From: an uncultured Methanosarcinales archaeon
GTDB lineage: Archaea > Nanobdellota > Nanobdellia > Woesearchaeales > GW2011-AR9
Direction: 5' to 3'
DNA length: 64,000 nucleotides
Assembly (NCBI GenBank): GCA_964362365.1
Contig: CAYIEF010000003.1
Span: 79-64,078 of the forward strand
Each line of letters begins with the position of its first letter. Positions within the stretch are counted from its first letter, which is position 1. The position numbers were made by a program, and so were the translations under genes. Positions 29,874-39,232 of this stretch are shown piece by piece. The notes under the pieces were generated by a model, which was not told the DNA's origin, did not search any database, and saw only the letters and a list, made by a program, of their open reading frames with translations.

Positions 29874-30347
29874 TTATACTCTTTGATTTATCTTTTTTTC
29901 AATCTCTTTTTTTAGAGCGTTGATATAAATTTTAAATTGCAATTCAACTTCCTTCCAATCTTTATTATCTACGGGTAACCCATAATAATTGATTCCGTTT
30001 CTTTTTGTTCTGACTTTTTCGAAGAAATCCCATTCAAATTCTAATTCGGGATGTTTTTCACAAAGAAAGACAAATAAACATTGATGGTTTTCAATTTTTA
30101 TCTTCTCGAATCGTAAATAAGATTCGGTCAGCTCATGTAAAGCATCGTAATACAGCTTATATGCGCTATTCCATAAATAATTGTTTTTAGCGGCGCTCTT
30201 CTTGATGACCTCTGCTGCTTCCACATCTCCTTCTGCAATCCTCAAAGTGGATTTTATTTTCTCTGTATCAATATCTTCTATGAATAAAAACCGCCCTTCT
30301 TTTTTGCATTTCAGAAATGCTTCTTCTTTAGTTAGATATTTAGGCAT
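29874..30347 (-). CDS. HEPN-like domain protein (partner of the wHTH-nucleotidyltransferase)
   Basis: All-helical. 8-nt overlap with the nucleotidyltransferase gene. Paralog of the 1137-1613 arrangement. Confidence 0.5.
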   Translation of the reverse strand: MPKYLTKEEAFLKCKKEGRFLFIEDIDTEKIKSTLRIAEGDVEAAEVIKKSAAKNNYLWNSAYKLYYDALHELTESYLRFEKIKIENHQCLFVFLCEKHPELEFEWDFFEKVRTKRNGINYYGLPVDNKDWKEVELQFKIYINALKKEIEKKINQRV

Positions 30348-30897
30348 TGACGTTCACCGAAATGAAATTTAAATCGCCTTTGATAAGGTTCCCTTTAATG
30401 ATGTTTTTAAGCAGTCCTTCTCCAAGCTCGGTTAATTCATTTTTATTTTGGCAAATGAACAATTGTATCTCCTTATGTAAACGTAGCTCATAATCAACTA
30501 TTTTAAGGCCTTCAGGATCTCCGTATATAAAAATATCTATGTCAGAATCTTTATACCAATCCCCTTTGGCCATGCTTCCAAAAAGAATAATAGTCTTGGC
30601 TTTTGGCAGAGACAATAGTTTTGGGATAAGGCCGCTTTTATGAAGCTGTTCTAAAGCATACATTCTTTTCCATGAAAAATAGATAAAGTTATTGCTTCCT
30701 GCGGTAAAATAAGGAAATTTTCCTTTTTCTTTTACTTTCTTCAGCAGCCCTTCTTTGAGGTATTTTTTGAGCCATTTGTTGGCTGCGGCTCTGGTAATCT
30801 TTGCTTCTCTCACGATCTCCTCAAAGTGCCATTCCTTCAATGGGCTGTTTTCTAAGATCAATTTCAACACTTTTTCTTCCTTGCTGGGGCTTGCCAT
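30340..30897 (-). CDS. winged-HTH plus nucleotidyltransferase protein (paralog of 539-1150)
   Basis: ILFGSMAKGDWYKDSDIDIFIYG motif. Confidence 0.7.
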   Translation of the reverse strand: MASPSKEEKVLKLILENSPLKEWHFEEIVREAKITRAAANKWLKKYLKEGLLKKVKEKGKFPYFTAGSNNFIYFSWKRMYALEQLHKSGLIPKLLSLPKAKTIILFGSMAKGDWYKDSDIDIFIYGDPEGLKIVDYELRLHKEIQLFICQNKNELTELGEGLLKNIIKGNLIKGDLNFISVNVNA

Positions 30898-31006
30898 AAA
30901 TTAGTATAACTGAGATATACTATTTAAAGATTTTGGTAGAAGAGATGCTTTGATGAATTGAAGAAGCCGATGAAGTAAATTTTTAATTTATTTCTCTGTT
31001 CTAGTC

Positions 31007-31948
31007 TTGTTGTTATTGATTGCAACCTCAAATTTTATAAATCGCTTAGTTCTAACGCAAAAAATGACCAAGACCTCAACAATGCAGCTTAGCGCAGATC
31101 AAATGAGCAAAGAAATTAGAAAAGCTGAGCAAAATGGGACTAGATTATTCTTGTGTGGTTTGATACATAACTACAGTATAAAGAGCCCTGGTGGAGAGAA
31201 AGATTATGTATGTATCCGTGGAGGGAAACGTATTCTTTCTACTAGTGAAATCCTTCATCTCATTCGACCAAATGTAGTGTTAATTGAAGGATATTCCCCC
31301 CATGACACTTATTATAAAGGAGTTAGGCAAGGTTTTAATGATAACTGGAGGCCCAAATACAACTCTCCAGAACTGCGTGAGATGAAAAATGACGCTGATG
31401 ATTTAGATATCCGTGTTAGAGGATGTGATCTATCTTCTTATCCTGAAAAACATAATCTAGTACACGCCTTAGGCTTCAATAAATATTGGGATTTGTACCC
31501 ACGGTTACGGAAAATACTTCAAGAACAGAAGGCAAAGATTACTTCTGACAAATCTATAAAGATGATTGAGCAATTTTTAGCTAATGATTACTCAGGATAT
31601 GATGAATACGATGCTAATGATGTGATGCGGGCTTGTAGAAAAACAAAAGAGATGATTAAAAATATAGAAAAAACTTTTTGTGAAGATGAGGATTTCAGAA
31701 CTTATAAGTTATTCCGTAACGATGCTGAAAGGATGATGAGAAAGTGGTTTAAGATCAGGGATACTAGGGTTTATGAAACTATCGGGCAAGAGTTAGGAGA
31801 GAATAATAATGTTCTTGTTAAAATCGGTCTTTCCCATATTACAAAACCTTGGGGATATTTACCTTCATTATTGAAAACGACGCCTCACTATTCTTTTCTT
31901 AATTTACAAGAACATGACAAAGGAGATCGCGAGATTGATCTCTCCTAA
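31007..31948 (+). CDS. hypothetical protein, possibly TraB/GumN (Tiki-like) family
   Basis: GLIHN near the N-terminus and IGLSHI near the C-terminus, resembling the two GxxH half-motifs of the TraB family. Weak. Confidence 0.3.
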   Translation: MLLLIATSNFINRLVLTQKMTKTSTMQLSADQMSKEIRKAEQNGTRLFLCGLIHNYSIKSPGGEKDYVCIRGGKRILSTSEILHLIRPNVVLIEGYSPHDTYYKGVRQGFNDNWRPKYNSPELREMKNDADDLDIRVRGCDLSSYPEKHNLVHALGFNKYWDLYPRLRKILQEQKAKITSDKSIKMIEQFLANDYSGYDEYDANDVMRACRKTKEMIKNIEKTFCEDEDFRTYKLFRNDAERMMRKWFKIRDTRVYETIGQELGENNNVLVKIGLSHITKPWGYLPSLLKTTPHYSFLNLQEHDKGDREIDLS

Positions 31949-32081
31949 ACCTATCTAAAGTATTTCCCCCATTTCCCACCAAAAACCTTTTAAATAAAGC
32001 CCAAATAAAAGCCTTTGCGTGAATAAAAGAACGGAGGATTCGTGCCCACGCTTATCATACCAGCACGGATAAAAAAGAAAA

Positions 32082-32765
32082 ATGAGTGAATTATTAGTAC
32101 AAGAACGAAGTGTAGTTGTTCCAGGGGAATCTCTTGCCCAAGGCATGGATTTTCTACCAGGAGATAACGCTTACCGAGAGAAAGATAAGATTTATTCTAA
32201 GGTTTTAGGATTAATGTCAGTTTCTGGCCGAGTTATTAAGATAACGCCGTTATCAGGCCCTTACCTGCCTAAAACAGAAGACAAGATCATCGCCAGAGTG
32301 ATGGATATTACTATCAGCGGCTGGCGATTTGATACTGCGACTGCATATTCAGCTATGCTTAATGTCAGAGATGCAACTACTAGATTCGTGAAGAAAGAAG
32401 AAGACTTAAGCCAGATTTTAGCGATCGGCGATTATGCTGTGGTGAAAATCGTCAATGTCACTTCCCAAAATTTGATTGATTTGACCATGAAAGAGCCAGG
32501 CTTACGCAAGATTGTCGGCGGAAGGATCGTCAGCATCAACAGCCAGAAAGTTCCTAGGGTAATTGGAAGACAGGGAAGCATGATCACCTTGATCAAAGAC
32601 AAGACCGGCTGCGATATCACCGTCGGCCAGAATGGTTTAGTCTGGATCAAAGGAACGCCGGAAGGCGAATTAAAGGCTGAAAAAGCGATCAAGCTTATCG
32701 AAGCAAAATCCCACCTGGAAGGGTTGACCGAAAAAATGGAAAAATTCCTAGTGGAGAGTGCATAA
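32082..32765 (+). CDS. rrp4: exosome RNA-binding subunit Rrp4 (S1 + KH)
   Basis: S1 domain, then KH motif (VIGRQGSMI). Confidence 0.8.
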   Translation: MSELLVQERSVVVPGESLAQGMDFLPGDNAYREKDKIYSKVLGLMSVSGRVIKITPLSGPYLPKTEDKIIARVMDITISGWRFDTATAYSAMLNVRDATTRFVKKEEDLSQILAIGDYAVVKIVNVTSQNLIDLTMKEPGLRKIVGGRIVSINSQKVPRVIGRQGSMITLIKDKTGCDITVGQNGLVWIKGTPEGELKAEKAIKLIEAKSHLEGLTEKMEKFLVESA

Positions 32766-32766
32766 A

Positions 32767-33480
32767 ATGGTCTATAACAAGCGAGTAGATGGACGTAAGA
32801 TCGATGAGCTTCGCCCGATGGAAGCGAAAGCAGGCGTAGTTAAAAATGCCAATGGCTCCGCTTCTTTCAAGATCGGAAAAACCTGGGCGATTGCCGGTGT
32901 ATATGGTCCGCGAGAAGTAGTGCCACGATTTATGGCCAATCCAAGACATGGTATTTTGAGATGTCATTATACTATGATGCCATTCTCTGGTTCAGGGGAA
33001 CGTATCAAGCCAGGAAGAAGCCGCCGTGCGCAGGAAATTTCTATGGTCATGGAACAGGCGCTAGCACCCGTGGTAGACTTATCTGCATTTCCTAATTCCG
33101 TGGTAGACATCTTTGTAGAACTGCCACAAACTGATGCAGGAACCAGATGCGCAGCTATCTCTGCTGCCTGCATCGCTCTTGCTGATGCAGGAATCCCTAT
33201 GAAGGACATGGTAAGTTCTGTTGCTGTTGGCCAAGTCGATGGCACCGTCGTTGCAGATCTGAATTATAACGAGGAATCATATCCAGCTATCGTGTCTGAC
33301 ATTCCTGTAGCGATGCTGCATAATACCAAAGAAATTTCACTCCTCCAAATGGATGGAGAGATTTCCAAAGAGGACCTTCTCAAGGCTTTAGAACTAGCTA
33401 AAGTTGCTACGGAAAAAGTCTATCAATTGCAAGTAAAAGCGTTAAAAGAGAAATACGCTGTCAATAACGAGGATAATTAA
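32767..33480 (+). CDS. rrp41: exosome subunit Rrp41 (RNase PH)
   Basis: RVDGRKIDELRPM RNase PH signature. Confidence 0.85.
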   Translation: MVYNKRVDGRKIDELRPMEAKAGVVKNANGSASFKIGKTWAIAGVYGPREVVPRFMANPRHGILRCHYTMMPFSGSGERIKPGRSRRAQEISMVMEQALAPVVDLSAFPNSVVDIFVELPQTDAGTRCAAISAACIALADAGIPMKDMVSSVAVGQVDGTVVADLNYNEESYPAIVSDIPVAMLHNTKEISLLQMDGEISKEDLLKALELAKVATEKVYQLQVKALKEKYAVNNEDN

Positions 33481-33481
33481 A

Positions 33482-34282
33482 ATGATAGTCAATAAAGAAA
33501 CAATCGCAGAATTAGCGAAGGAAAATAAACGATTGGACAACCGTACTTTAACCGAATTCCGCCAGCCGATCCAGATCGAAACTAACATCTCCTGGACTGC
33601 AGAAGGTTCTGCCCGTGTCCAGATCGGTGAAACAGTAGTCATGGCGGGAGTAAAGCTTTCTATAGAAAAACCCTACAACGATACTCCTGACGAAGGCGGC
33701 ATCATGATCAATGCGGAATTGTCTCCGATTGCCAGTCCCGAATTTGAAGCAGGCCCGCCAGGCATGAAAGCAGTAGAACTCGCTCGGGTAGTCGATCGAG
33801 GCATCCGTGAAGCAAAAGCAGTAGATCTCAAGAAGCTCTGCATCGAGCCGGGAGAAAAGGCTTGGTTTGTCATCGTAGACATAATCAGTATCAACGATGA
33901 TGGAAATCTGCTGGATGTAGCAGGATTAGCAGCCCTGGCTGCCTTAAAGACTGCGAAGTTCCCAGTGGTCGATCCAGAAACAGGCGCTATTGATTACAAG
34001 CAAAAAACCGATAAGTCCCTACCCTTGACCAAAGAGCCTTTGCCTATCACTATCTACAAAGTGAATGGCGCTTTAATGGTCGATCCTATTCGCGAAGAAG
34101 AGAAAGCCTACGAAGCGCGATTGACCGTCGGTTCAGATGCGAAAGGAACTATCTCTGCTTTGCAGAAAGGCGGAGATGTGGCTTTGACCAATGAAGAGAT
34201 AGGAAGGATGGTCGATCTGGCTTTAGAAAAGGCAAGCTTTTTAAGAAAAGAGCTTACCAAAGGGCTTAAGCTTAAACAATAA
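33482..34282 (+). CDS. rrp42: exosome subunit Rrp42
   Basis: RNase PH-like fold lacking catalytic residues. Superoperon position. Confidence 0.8.
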   Translation: MIVNKETIAELAKENKRLDNRTLTEFRQPIQIETNISWTAEGSARVQIGETVVMAGVKLSIEKPYNDTPDEGGIMINAELSPIASPEFEAGPPGMKAVELARVVDRGIREAKAVDLKKLCIEPGEKAWFVIVDIISINDDGNLLDVAGLAALAALKTAKFPVVDPETGAIDYKQKTDKSLPLTKEPLPITIYKVNGALMVDPIREEEKAYEARLTVGSDAKGTISALQKGGDVALTNEEIGRMVDLALEKASFLRKELTKGLKLKQ

Positions 34283-34310
34283 TACAAAAACAACAAAAAA
34301 TTAAGACAAA

Positions 34311-34535
34311 ATGGCAAAAAAACAACTAATCGAAGAAGAGATGGAATACACCAAGTACGAGAAAGCTCGCATGATCGGCTCTCGCGCTTTGCAATTATCC
34401 ATGGGCGCGCCATTTCTGGTAAAATTAACGCCGGAAGAATTGACCAAGATGCGTTACGATACGCTAGCGATTGCTTTACTGGAATATGAACAAGGTGTAC
34501 TTCCTATAACGGTTAAAAGGCCTAAGGCAAAATAG
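34311..34535 (+). CDS. rpoK: DNA-directed RNA polymerase subunit K (Rpb6 homolog)
   Basis: [22 protein letters not shown] matches the Rpb6/RpoK core. Confidence 0.75.
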   Translation: MAKKQLIEEEMEYTKYEKARMIGSRALQLSMGAPFLVKLTPEELTKMRYDTLAIALLEYEQGVLPITVKRPKAK

Positions 34536-34556
34536 CCTTTCTTTTTTATCTTTTCC

Positions 34557-34844
34557 ATGAATTCTACTATCACTTCAGAAAAACTAGAAAAATACTTTTC
34601 TATTACAGGAGAAGCGCTCCAAAAAGCTAAACATGCTGTTGATACTTCTCGAAAAGCACAGGCTGAAGACTTCTTGGACATGGCTTCACGCTACGTTGAA
34701 GATGCAGAATATTTTCTTATTAAAAAGAATGATGCTGTCTTAGCCTTTGCTGCACTAAATTATGCTCACGGGTGGTTGGATGCTGGCGCAAGGATAGGGT
34801 TGTTTAAGGTGAACGATAGCAGGCTGTTTACGGTGGATGAGTAA
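34557..34844 (+). CDS. small conserved archaeal protein (DUF357-like)
   Basis: NYAHGWLDAGARIGL motif. Confidence 0.35.
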   Translation: MNSTITSEKLEKYFSITGEALQKAKHAVDTSRKAQAEDFLDMASRYVEDAEYFLIKKNDAVLAFAALNYAHGWLDAGARIGLFKVNDSRLFTVDE

Positions 34845-34999
34845 AGAATAATAGAATATTACAACTTCCCATATAACCCCTTAATAGTACTCAAATACAA
34901 AAGTTTTATAAAGCAGGGCTATTCTGGGAGATATAGTTACAATTATCGGGGTTCTAGGTGTTTTATAGGGGCAAGCGCCCAAGGGGAAACAGATACAAT

Positions 35000-35791
35000 A
35001 TGATCGTCCAAAAAGATTTTTTAGAAAGATTGAAAGATTTTGGCTTGAATTCCTACGAACGAAAATTATGGATCGCCCTTCTGTCCAGAGGAGTATCTAC
35101 CGCAGGAGAGTTATCAGACATCTCTAACGTCCCTCGCTCCAGAGCGTATGACGTTCTTGAATCCTTGGAAAAGAAAGGATTTATTGTAGTGAAAGTAGGA
35201 AAGCCAATAAAATATTTAGCCGTCGCCCCTTCAGAAGTTATCGAGCGGGTTAAGAAAAAAGTATCTGAAGAAGCAGATGAGCGCAGCAAGATGCTCTCTC
35301 AATTGAGAGATTCTGAAATCTTGGAACAATTAAATTCATTGCATGCAGAAGGAGTTATCTTAGTGGATCCAACAGATAAATCAGGGTCGTTTAGAGGAAG
35401 GGATAAAGTCTATGAGCATCTCTTTTTGATGTTCAAGAACGCGAAGAAGAATATCACGATCATGACTTCTGCCCAAGGATTAGCTCGAAAAAATGATTCC
35501 TTTGCAAACCATCTGCGCAAAGCTGCCAAAGCTGGAGTGAATGTTCAGATTGTTGTCCCGCCTAATACTGATAAAGAACTTATTGATAACTTTTCACAGT
35601 TTGCAAAAGTGAAGACCAGCAAGAATAGTATAACTAGATTCTGCATGGTCGATGGCAAGGACTTACTGTTATTCTTGACTGATGACCAGAAAGTACACAA
35701 GAGTTACGACTGCGCAGTCTGGGTGGAAGCTCCTTACTTCGTTGAATTCTTTGGGAAGATGTTTGAGCAGGAGTGGAAAGGAAGTAAGTAA
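35000..35791 (+). CDS. TrmB family transcriptional regulator
   Basis: N-terminal wHTH (NSYERKLWIALLSRGVSTAGELSDISNVPRSRAYDVLESLEKKGF). Confidence 0.7.
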   Translation: MIVQKDFLERLKDFGLNSYERKLWIALLSRGVSTAGELSDISNVPRSRAYDVLESLEKKGFIVVKVGKPIKYLAVAPSEVIERVKKKVSEEADERSKMLSQLRDSEILEQLNSLHAEGVILVDPTDKSGSFRGRDKVYEHLFLMFKNAKKNITIMTSAQGLARKNDSFANHLRKAAKAGVNVQIVVPPNTDKELIDNFSQFAKVKTSKNSITRFCMVDGKDLLLFLTDDQKVHKSYDCAVWVEAPYFVEFFGKMFEQEWKGSK

Positions 35792-35794
35792 ACA

Positions 35795-36217
35795 ATGCCA
35801 AGACTAACTGATGATGATATCCATGGACTTGTTTATTTAGTTGAAGATTCTAAGCCTAATGCAGGTGAACAACAAGCTGAGCAATCTCTTCACGAATTAA
35901 TAGTTTATCATGGTATTGACGAGGAATTTCTAAACGATAATATTTATGCTTGGCCCCCAGGAAATGCTAAACACATAGCCATGACTAATGGTTGTAAACT
36001 TAGATTTAAAAGTATGAAACAGCTATCGGACAAATCTCACAGAAAATGGATCAGAGTTAATGGACATTTAGTTAGTGACAATGGTTGTAGCATTGGCACA
36101 GTTGTTATTGGTGATAATCCCGAGAAACTAAAAGAAGTATGTGAAACAATTCATCGCAAATATGGCGTTACTCACAAAGAAGACCGTAATCCTTATGGTT
36201 GTCATCCTAAGTGTTAA
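35795..36217 (+). CDS. hypothetical protein
   Basis: ORF 3 nt after the TrmB gene. Confidence 0.4.
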   Translation: MPRLTDDDIHGLVYLVEDSKPNAGEQQAEQSLHELIVYHGIDEEFLNDNIYAWPPGNAKHIAMTNGCKLRFKSMKQLSDKSHRKWIRVNGHLVSDNGCSIGTVVIGDNPEKLKEVCETIHRKYGVTHKEDRNPYGCHPKC

Positions 36218-36330
36218 TATAAATAAAATTTCAACCAATAACTCTTTAACTTTCTTAGAGATTTTTAGTAAATTACTTCTCCATCACAGAAATCCTTATA
36301 ACAGATCCTTTAACAACTTCTAAAGAAAAA

Positions 36331-36395
36331 AGCGGGTTCGCTTAGTCAAGTTGCGATCGCCACGCAAATATCCTTACCCAGAATGAGATTTAATA
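36331..36395 (+). other. decayed partial tRNA duplicate (junction-like GCGGGT|TCGCTTAGTC ... TTACCCAGAATGAG)
   Basis: Shares the D-arm segment TCGCTTAGTC and the TTACCCAG segment with the downstream tRNA-Ile. Lacks an acceptor stem. Confidence 0.4.
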
Positions 36396-36434
36396 TAGAT
36401 TGAATATTTAAAACTTTCGTGAAAAAAGTGCAGA

Positions 36435-36550
36435 GCCGAGGTCGCTTAGTCCGGTAGAGCGTCTGCCTGATAAGCAGATATCATTACCCAGGATAGGCGG
36501 GTTCGAACTTTCCTTTCCCACCTCGGGAAGTGGAAGTCCCGCCCTCGGCG
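36435..36550 (+). tRNA. tRNA-Ile(GAU) with two insertions (about 13 nt in the variable region and 29 nt between T-loop positions 59/60); putative non-canonical introns
   Basis: Perfect acceptor stem GCCGAGG/CCTCGGC. D-arm GCTT-AGTCCGGTA-GAGC. Anticodon arm TCTGC-CTGATAA-GCAGA. T-arm GCGGG-TTCGAA[29 nt]T-CCCGC. Discriminator G. Confidence 0.6.
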
Positions 36551-36598
36551 CACAAAAATAACAAATACTTTTTATAATACTATTTCTTCTTCAACTTC

Positions 36599-36943
36599 AT
36601 GGCCCTCAAACAAGTAATCATAGTCCGACAAGACTTACAGCTCCCAAAAGGAAAACTAGCCGCGCAATGCAGCCATGCCGCGGTAGAAGCAGTGCTAAAA
36701 TCTTCTGACAAAAAAGTTTCCACTTGGAGAAAAGAAGGAATGCCCAAGATCGTTCTCAAAGTGAAAGATGAAAAAGAACTGTTACTGTATCTGCAGAAAG
36801 CTAAGGATGATGGATTGACTACAGCTTTGATTACTGATGCTGGCAGGACTGTTGTCGCACCGGGAACTAAAACCTGCGGCGCTATTGGGCCGGATGAAGA
36901 GGAAAAAATTGATGTAGTGTCTGGGAAGTTGCCGTTGTTGTAG
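36599..36943 (+). CDS. pth2: peptidyl-tRNA hydrolase, archaeal type (Pth2)
   Basis: IIVRQDLQLPKGKLAAQCSHAA... Pth2 signature. Confidence 0.85.
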   Translation: MALKQVIIVRQDLQLPKGKLAAQCSHAAVEAVLKSSDKKVSTWRKEGMPKIVLKVKDEKELLLYLQKAKDDGLTTALITDAGRTVVAPGTKTCGAIGPDEEEKIDVVSGKLPLL

Positions 36944-36991
36944 TAGACCAGAAAAATAGTTATAAAGAATGATTATGCAGACTTCTTTCTC

Positions 36992-37587
36992 GTGGAGAAG
37001 ATAAAACTAAACCCAAAAGAGATTGATCTAGAGCTTCTGAACGAAAACAATAAAAATCATGTAGATACCTTTTCTTCAACAGCCTGTCGGGAGTTAGAAA
37101 AATTTCTTAAAGAAAACGCTTGGAATGAGCAAGTGATTGGTTTTTCGAAGACCTATCTCTTTTTTCATAGAGGGATACTAGCTGGTTATGCCACTATTTT
37201 AATGAATATTCAGAAAATAGACTACGGTCGACAGCATTAACTAAACTGAGAAATAAGACTGACCAAGGATATACTTCAGTTCCAGCGATCAAGATAGGGC
37301 GGTTATGTGTATCTGATGAGTATAATACTCAACTAACAGAGTCTCATTTTTCAGGGATGGGGAAAATAATCTTTTCCGCCGTACTTGGAATGGCTATAGA
37401 ATTGAGTCGGGAAGTAGGATGCCGCCTTATCATTAATCACGCTAAAAAATCGACCAAAGCATACGAATGGTACAAAAAAATTGGTTTTCTTTATTCATTC
37501 AACGAAGAAAAAACAAAAGAATTATTGATGAAAGAAAGTGTCGAATCTATTCCTATGTTATACGATTTACATAGGATATTAAAATAA
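36992..37587 (+). pseudogene. GNAT-fold toxin-like (TacT/AtaT-like) acetyltransferase, frameshifted
   Basis: N-terminal part (FSSTACRELEKFLKENAWNEQ) in one frame. C-terminal part (PAIKIGRLCVSDEY...GCRLIINHAKKSTKAYEWYKKIGF) continues in another frame after TAA at 37238. Confidence 0.5.
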
Positions 37588-37605
37588 ACAATTTATCTTA
37601 ATTTT

Positions 37606-37752
37606 AAATTAGGGGGAAGATTTTTAGCTAGTTGGCGGATTTCGCGCTCAGTTTTGGTCAATTTAACCGGCTTTTTTGAGAAGAGTATCTTCAATAACCT
37701 TTCAGCATCTTTTCCTTCCAGTACCGGAGTTTCTTCTATTGCTTTAGCCATC
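37606..37752 (-). CDS. small hypothetical ORF (48 aa)
   Basis: MAKAIEETPVLEGKDAERLLKILFSKKPVKLTKTEREIRQLAKNLPPNLKLR. Confidence 0.2.
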
Positions 37753-37860
37753 TTGGATTAAAGATTGTCCTGTAATATATAATCTTTTTTGTAGAATTAT
37801 GTGAAAATTTTGCATTTTTCCGCAACCTTTTTAAATAACCCGCCTTCTAAACTCCTCGAT

Positions 37861-38169
37861 ATGAAAATTCCTAAGACTATCAAGCGGTTCTGCAGATATT
37901 GCAGAAAGCATACTGAACAGAAAGTCGCTCAAAACAAGAAGAAAGCTCCTAGTTCCTTAAGCCGAGGTTCAAAATATCGAGCCAGATTACGAGGAGCTGC
38001 CAGAGGCACTGGAAATTTAGGAAGATACTCAAAACCAGCAGTTACTAAATTCAAGCGTACCGGAGCAAAAAATACCAAAAAAACTGATTTACGCTATACT
38101 TGTTCGGTTTGCAAGAAAACAAGCTCGCAAAGCAAAGGCATGAGAGCCAAAAAAGTGGAGCTGGTATAA
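37861..38169 (+). CDS. rpl44e: ribosomal protein L44e
   Basis: C4 ribbon (CRYCRKH...CSVCKK) and KKTDLRY motif. Confidence 0.8.
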   Translation: MKIPKTIKRFCRYCRKHTEQKVAQNKKKAPSSLSRGSKYRARLRGAARGTGNLGRYSKPAVTKFKRTGAKNTKKTDLRYTCSVCKKTSSQSKGMRAKKVELV

Positions 38170-38170
38170 A

Positions 38171-38359
38171 ATGAATGGCACAATCCCAAGTCCAAAAAGC
38201 AAATTTATCAAAGTTCGCTGCGCCAAATGTAAGAACGAACAGATCATCTTTGGCAATGCTTCTAATACTGTATTATGTTTAGTGTGCAGCAAAGAAGTGG
38301 CTTACCCTACTGGTGGGAAAGCAAAGATTTCTGCACGGGTGTTGGAAGTGCTGGAATAG
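38171..38359 (+). CDS. rps27e: ribosomal protein S27e
   Basis: FIKVRCAKCKNEQIIFGNASNTVLCLVCSK zinc ribbon. Confidence 0.85.
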   Translation: MNGTIPSPKSKFIKVRCAKCKNEQIIFGNASNTVLCLVCSKEVAYPTGGKAKISARVLEVLE

Positions 38360-38383
38360 AGAAGTGTTTACGGAGGAATAAAA

Positions 38384-39232
38384 ATGTCATTAGAAACAAT
38401 CACTGGAAATTTGAAAGATGCGTACAAACAATTGCAGCCAGGCACCATGCTGCACGTTGATGAATTGATGAACGAACGCCGGACAAATGAAGAATTACGC
38501 AGTAATGGCTTTTATACTCCCGATGGAGAAGTGTACTTTCTTTATGGCGTTAATAAAACTCCAATTCTGGCCATGACCAGAGAAGCTCGAAATCCAGTTC
38601 TTAAAAATATTGATGATGCTTTTGAACAGTTGACTACAAAGGGAAATTATGGTGTACAGGGAAAAGATTTCACGAAAGCCATTACTGATGCAGTACTTGT
38701 ATTCTTGCCTAACCTACGATTATCAAAACATGATGCAGAATTTCAATATCTTCCTTTCGGAACAACTCCTGCCAAATACAGTAAATTGAACGATGAAGAA
38801 CGAAAGTTCGCCGAACGTGTCTATGGCCAAGGAGATGATTTTGTCAAGAACATGAAAATGTTGAAAGAGGCAGGCATTGGTGAAACTCGGATTTGGGTTC
38901 TGAATCCAGATTACGTTCGAAAACATGCAGCCGAAGGCGCGATTGCGCGGGCCTCTTGGCTTGACAATTTCTATTATGGATCGCAATTCAATGCCGGTGA
39001 TCGTGATATCAGTAACGACGGCCGCGTCCGTGGGGTACGTCGGGAGGTCGTCGCCGAAGGCGGCGCGCAAAAAAATAAAGGTCCTTATCGCACTGCAGCA
39101 AAAAATGGTTTCGTAACTCATTACGATGCGATTCTTGCTGATCCAGAAGGCGCAGTTAAAGCCATGAATGATAAAACTGCTGCTGGCCTTTCAAGGCTTC
39201 TTTCCAGTTATTTATCTACTCGAGGACAATAA
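38384..39232 (+). CDS. DGR variable (target) protein; the VR lies at 38943-39037 near the C-terminus
   Basis: The 95-nt VR matches the TR at 39442-39536 except at 14 positions, all TR adenines. A GC hairpin (CGCCGAAGGCGGCG) follows the VR. The C-terminal region SWLDNFYYGSQFNAGDRDISNDGRVRGV is C-type-lectin-like. Confidence 0.85.
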   Translation: MSLETITGNLKDAYKQLQPGTMLHVDELMNERRTNEELRSNGFYTPDGEVYFLYGVNKTPILAMTREARNPVLKNIDDAFEQLTTKGNYGVQGKDFTKAITDAVLVFLPNLRLSKHDAEFQYLPFGTTPAKYSKLNDEERKFAERVYGQGDDFVKNMKMLKEAGIGETRIWVLNPDYVRKHAAEGAIARASWLDNFYYGSQFNAGDRDISNDGRVRGVRREVVAEGGAQKNKGPYRTAAKNGFVTHYDAILADPEGAVKAMNDKTAAGLSRLLSSYLSTRGQ

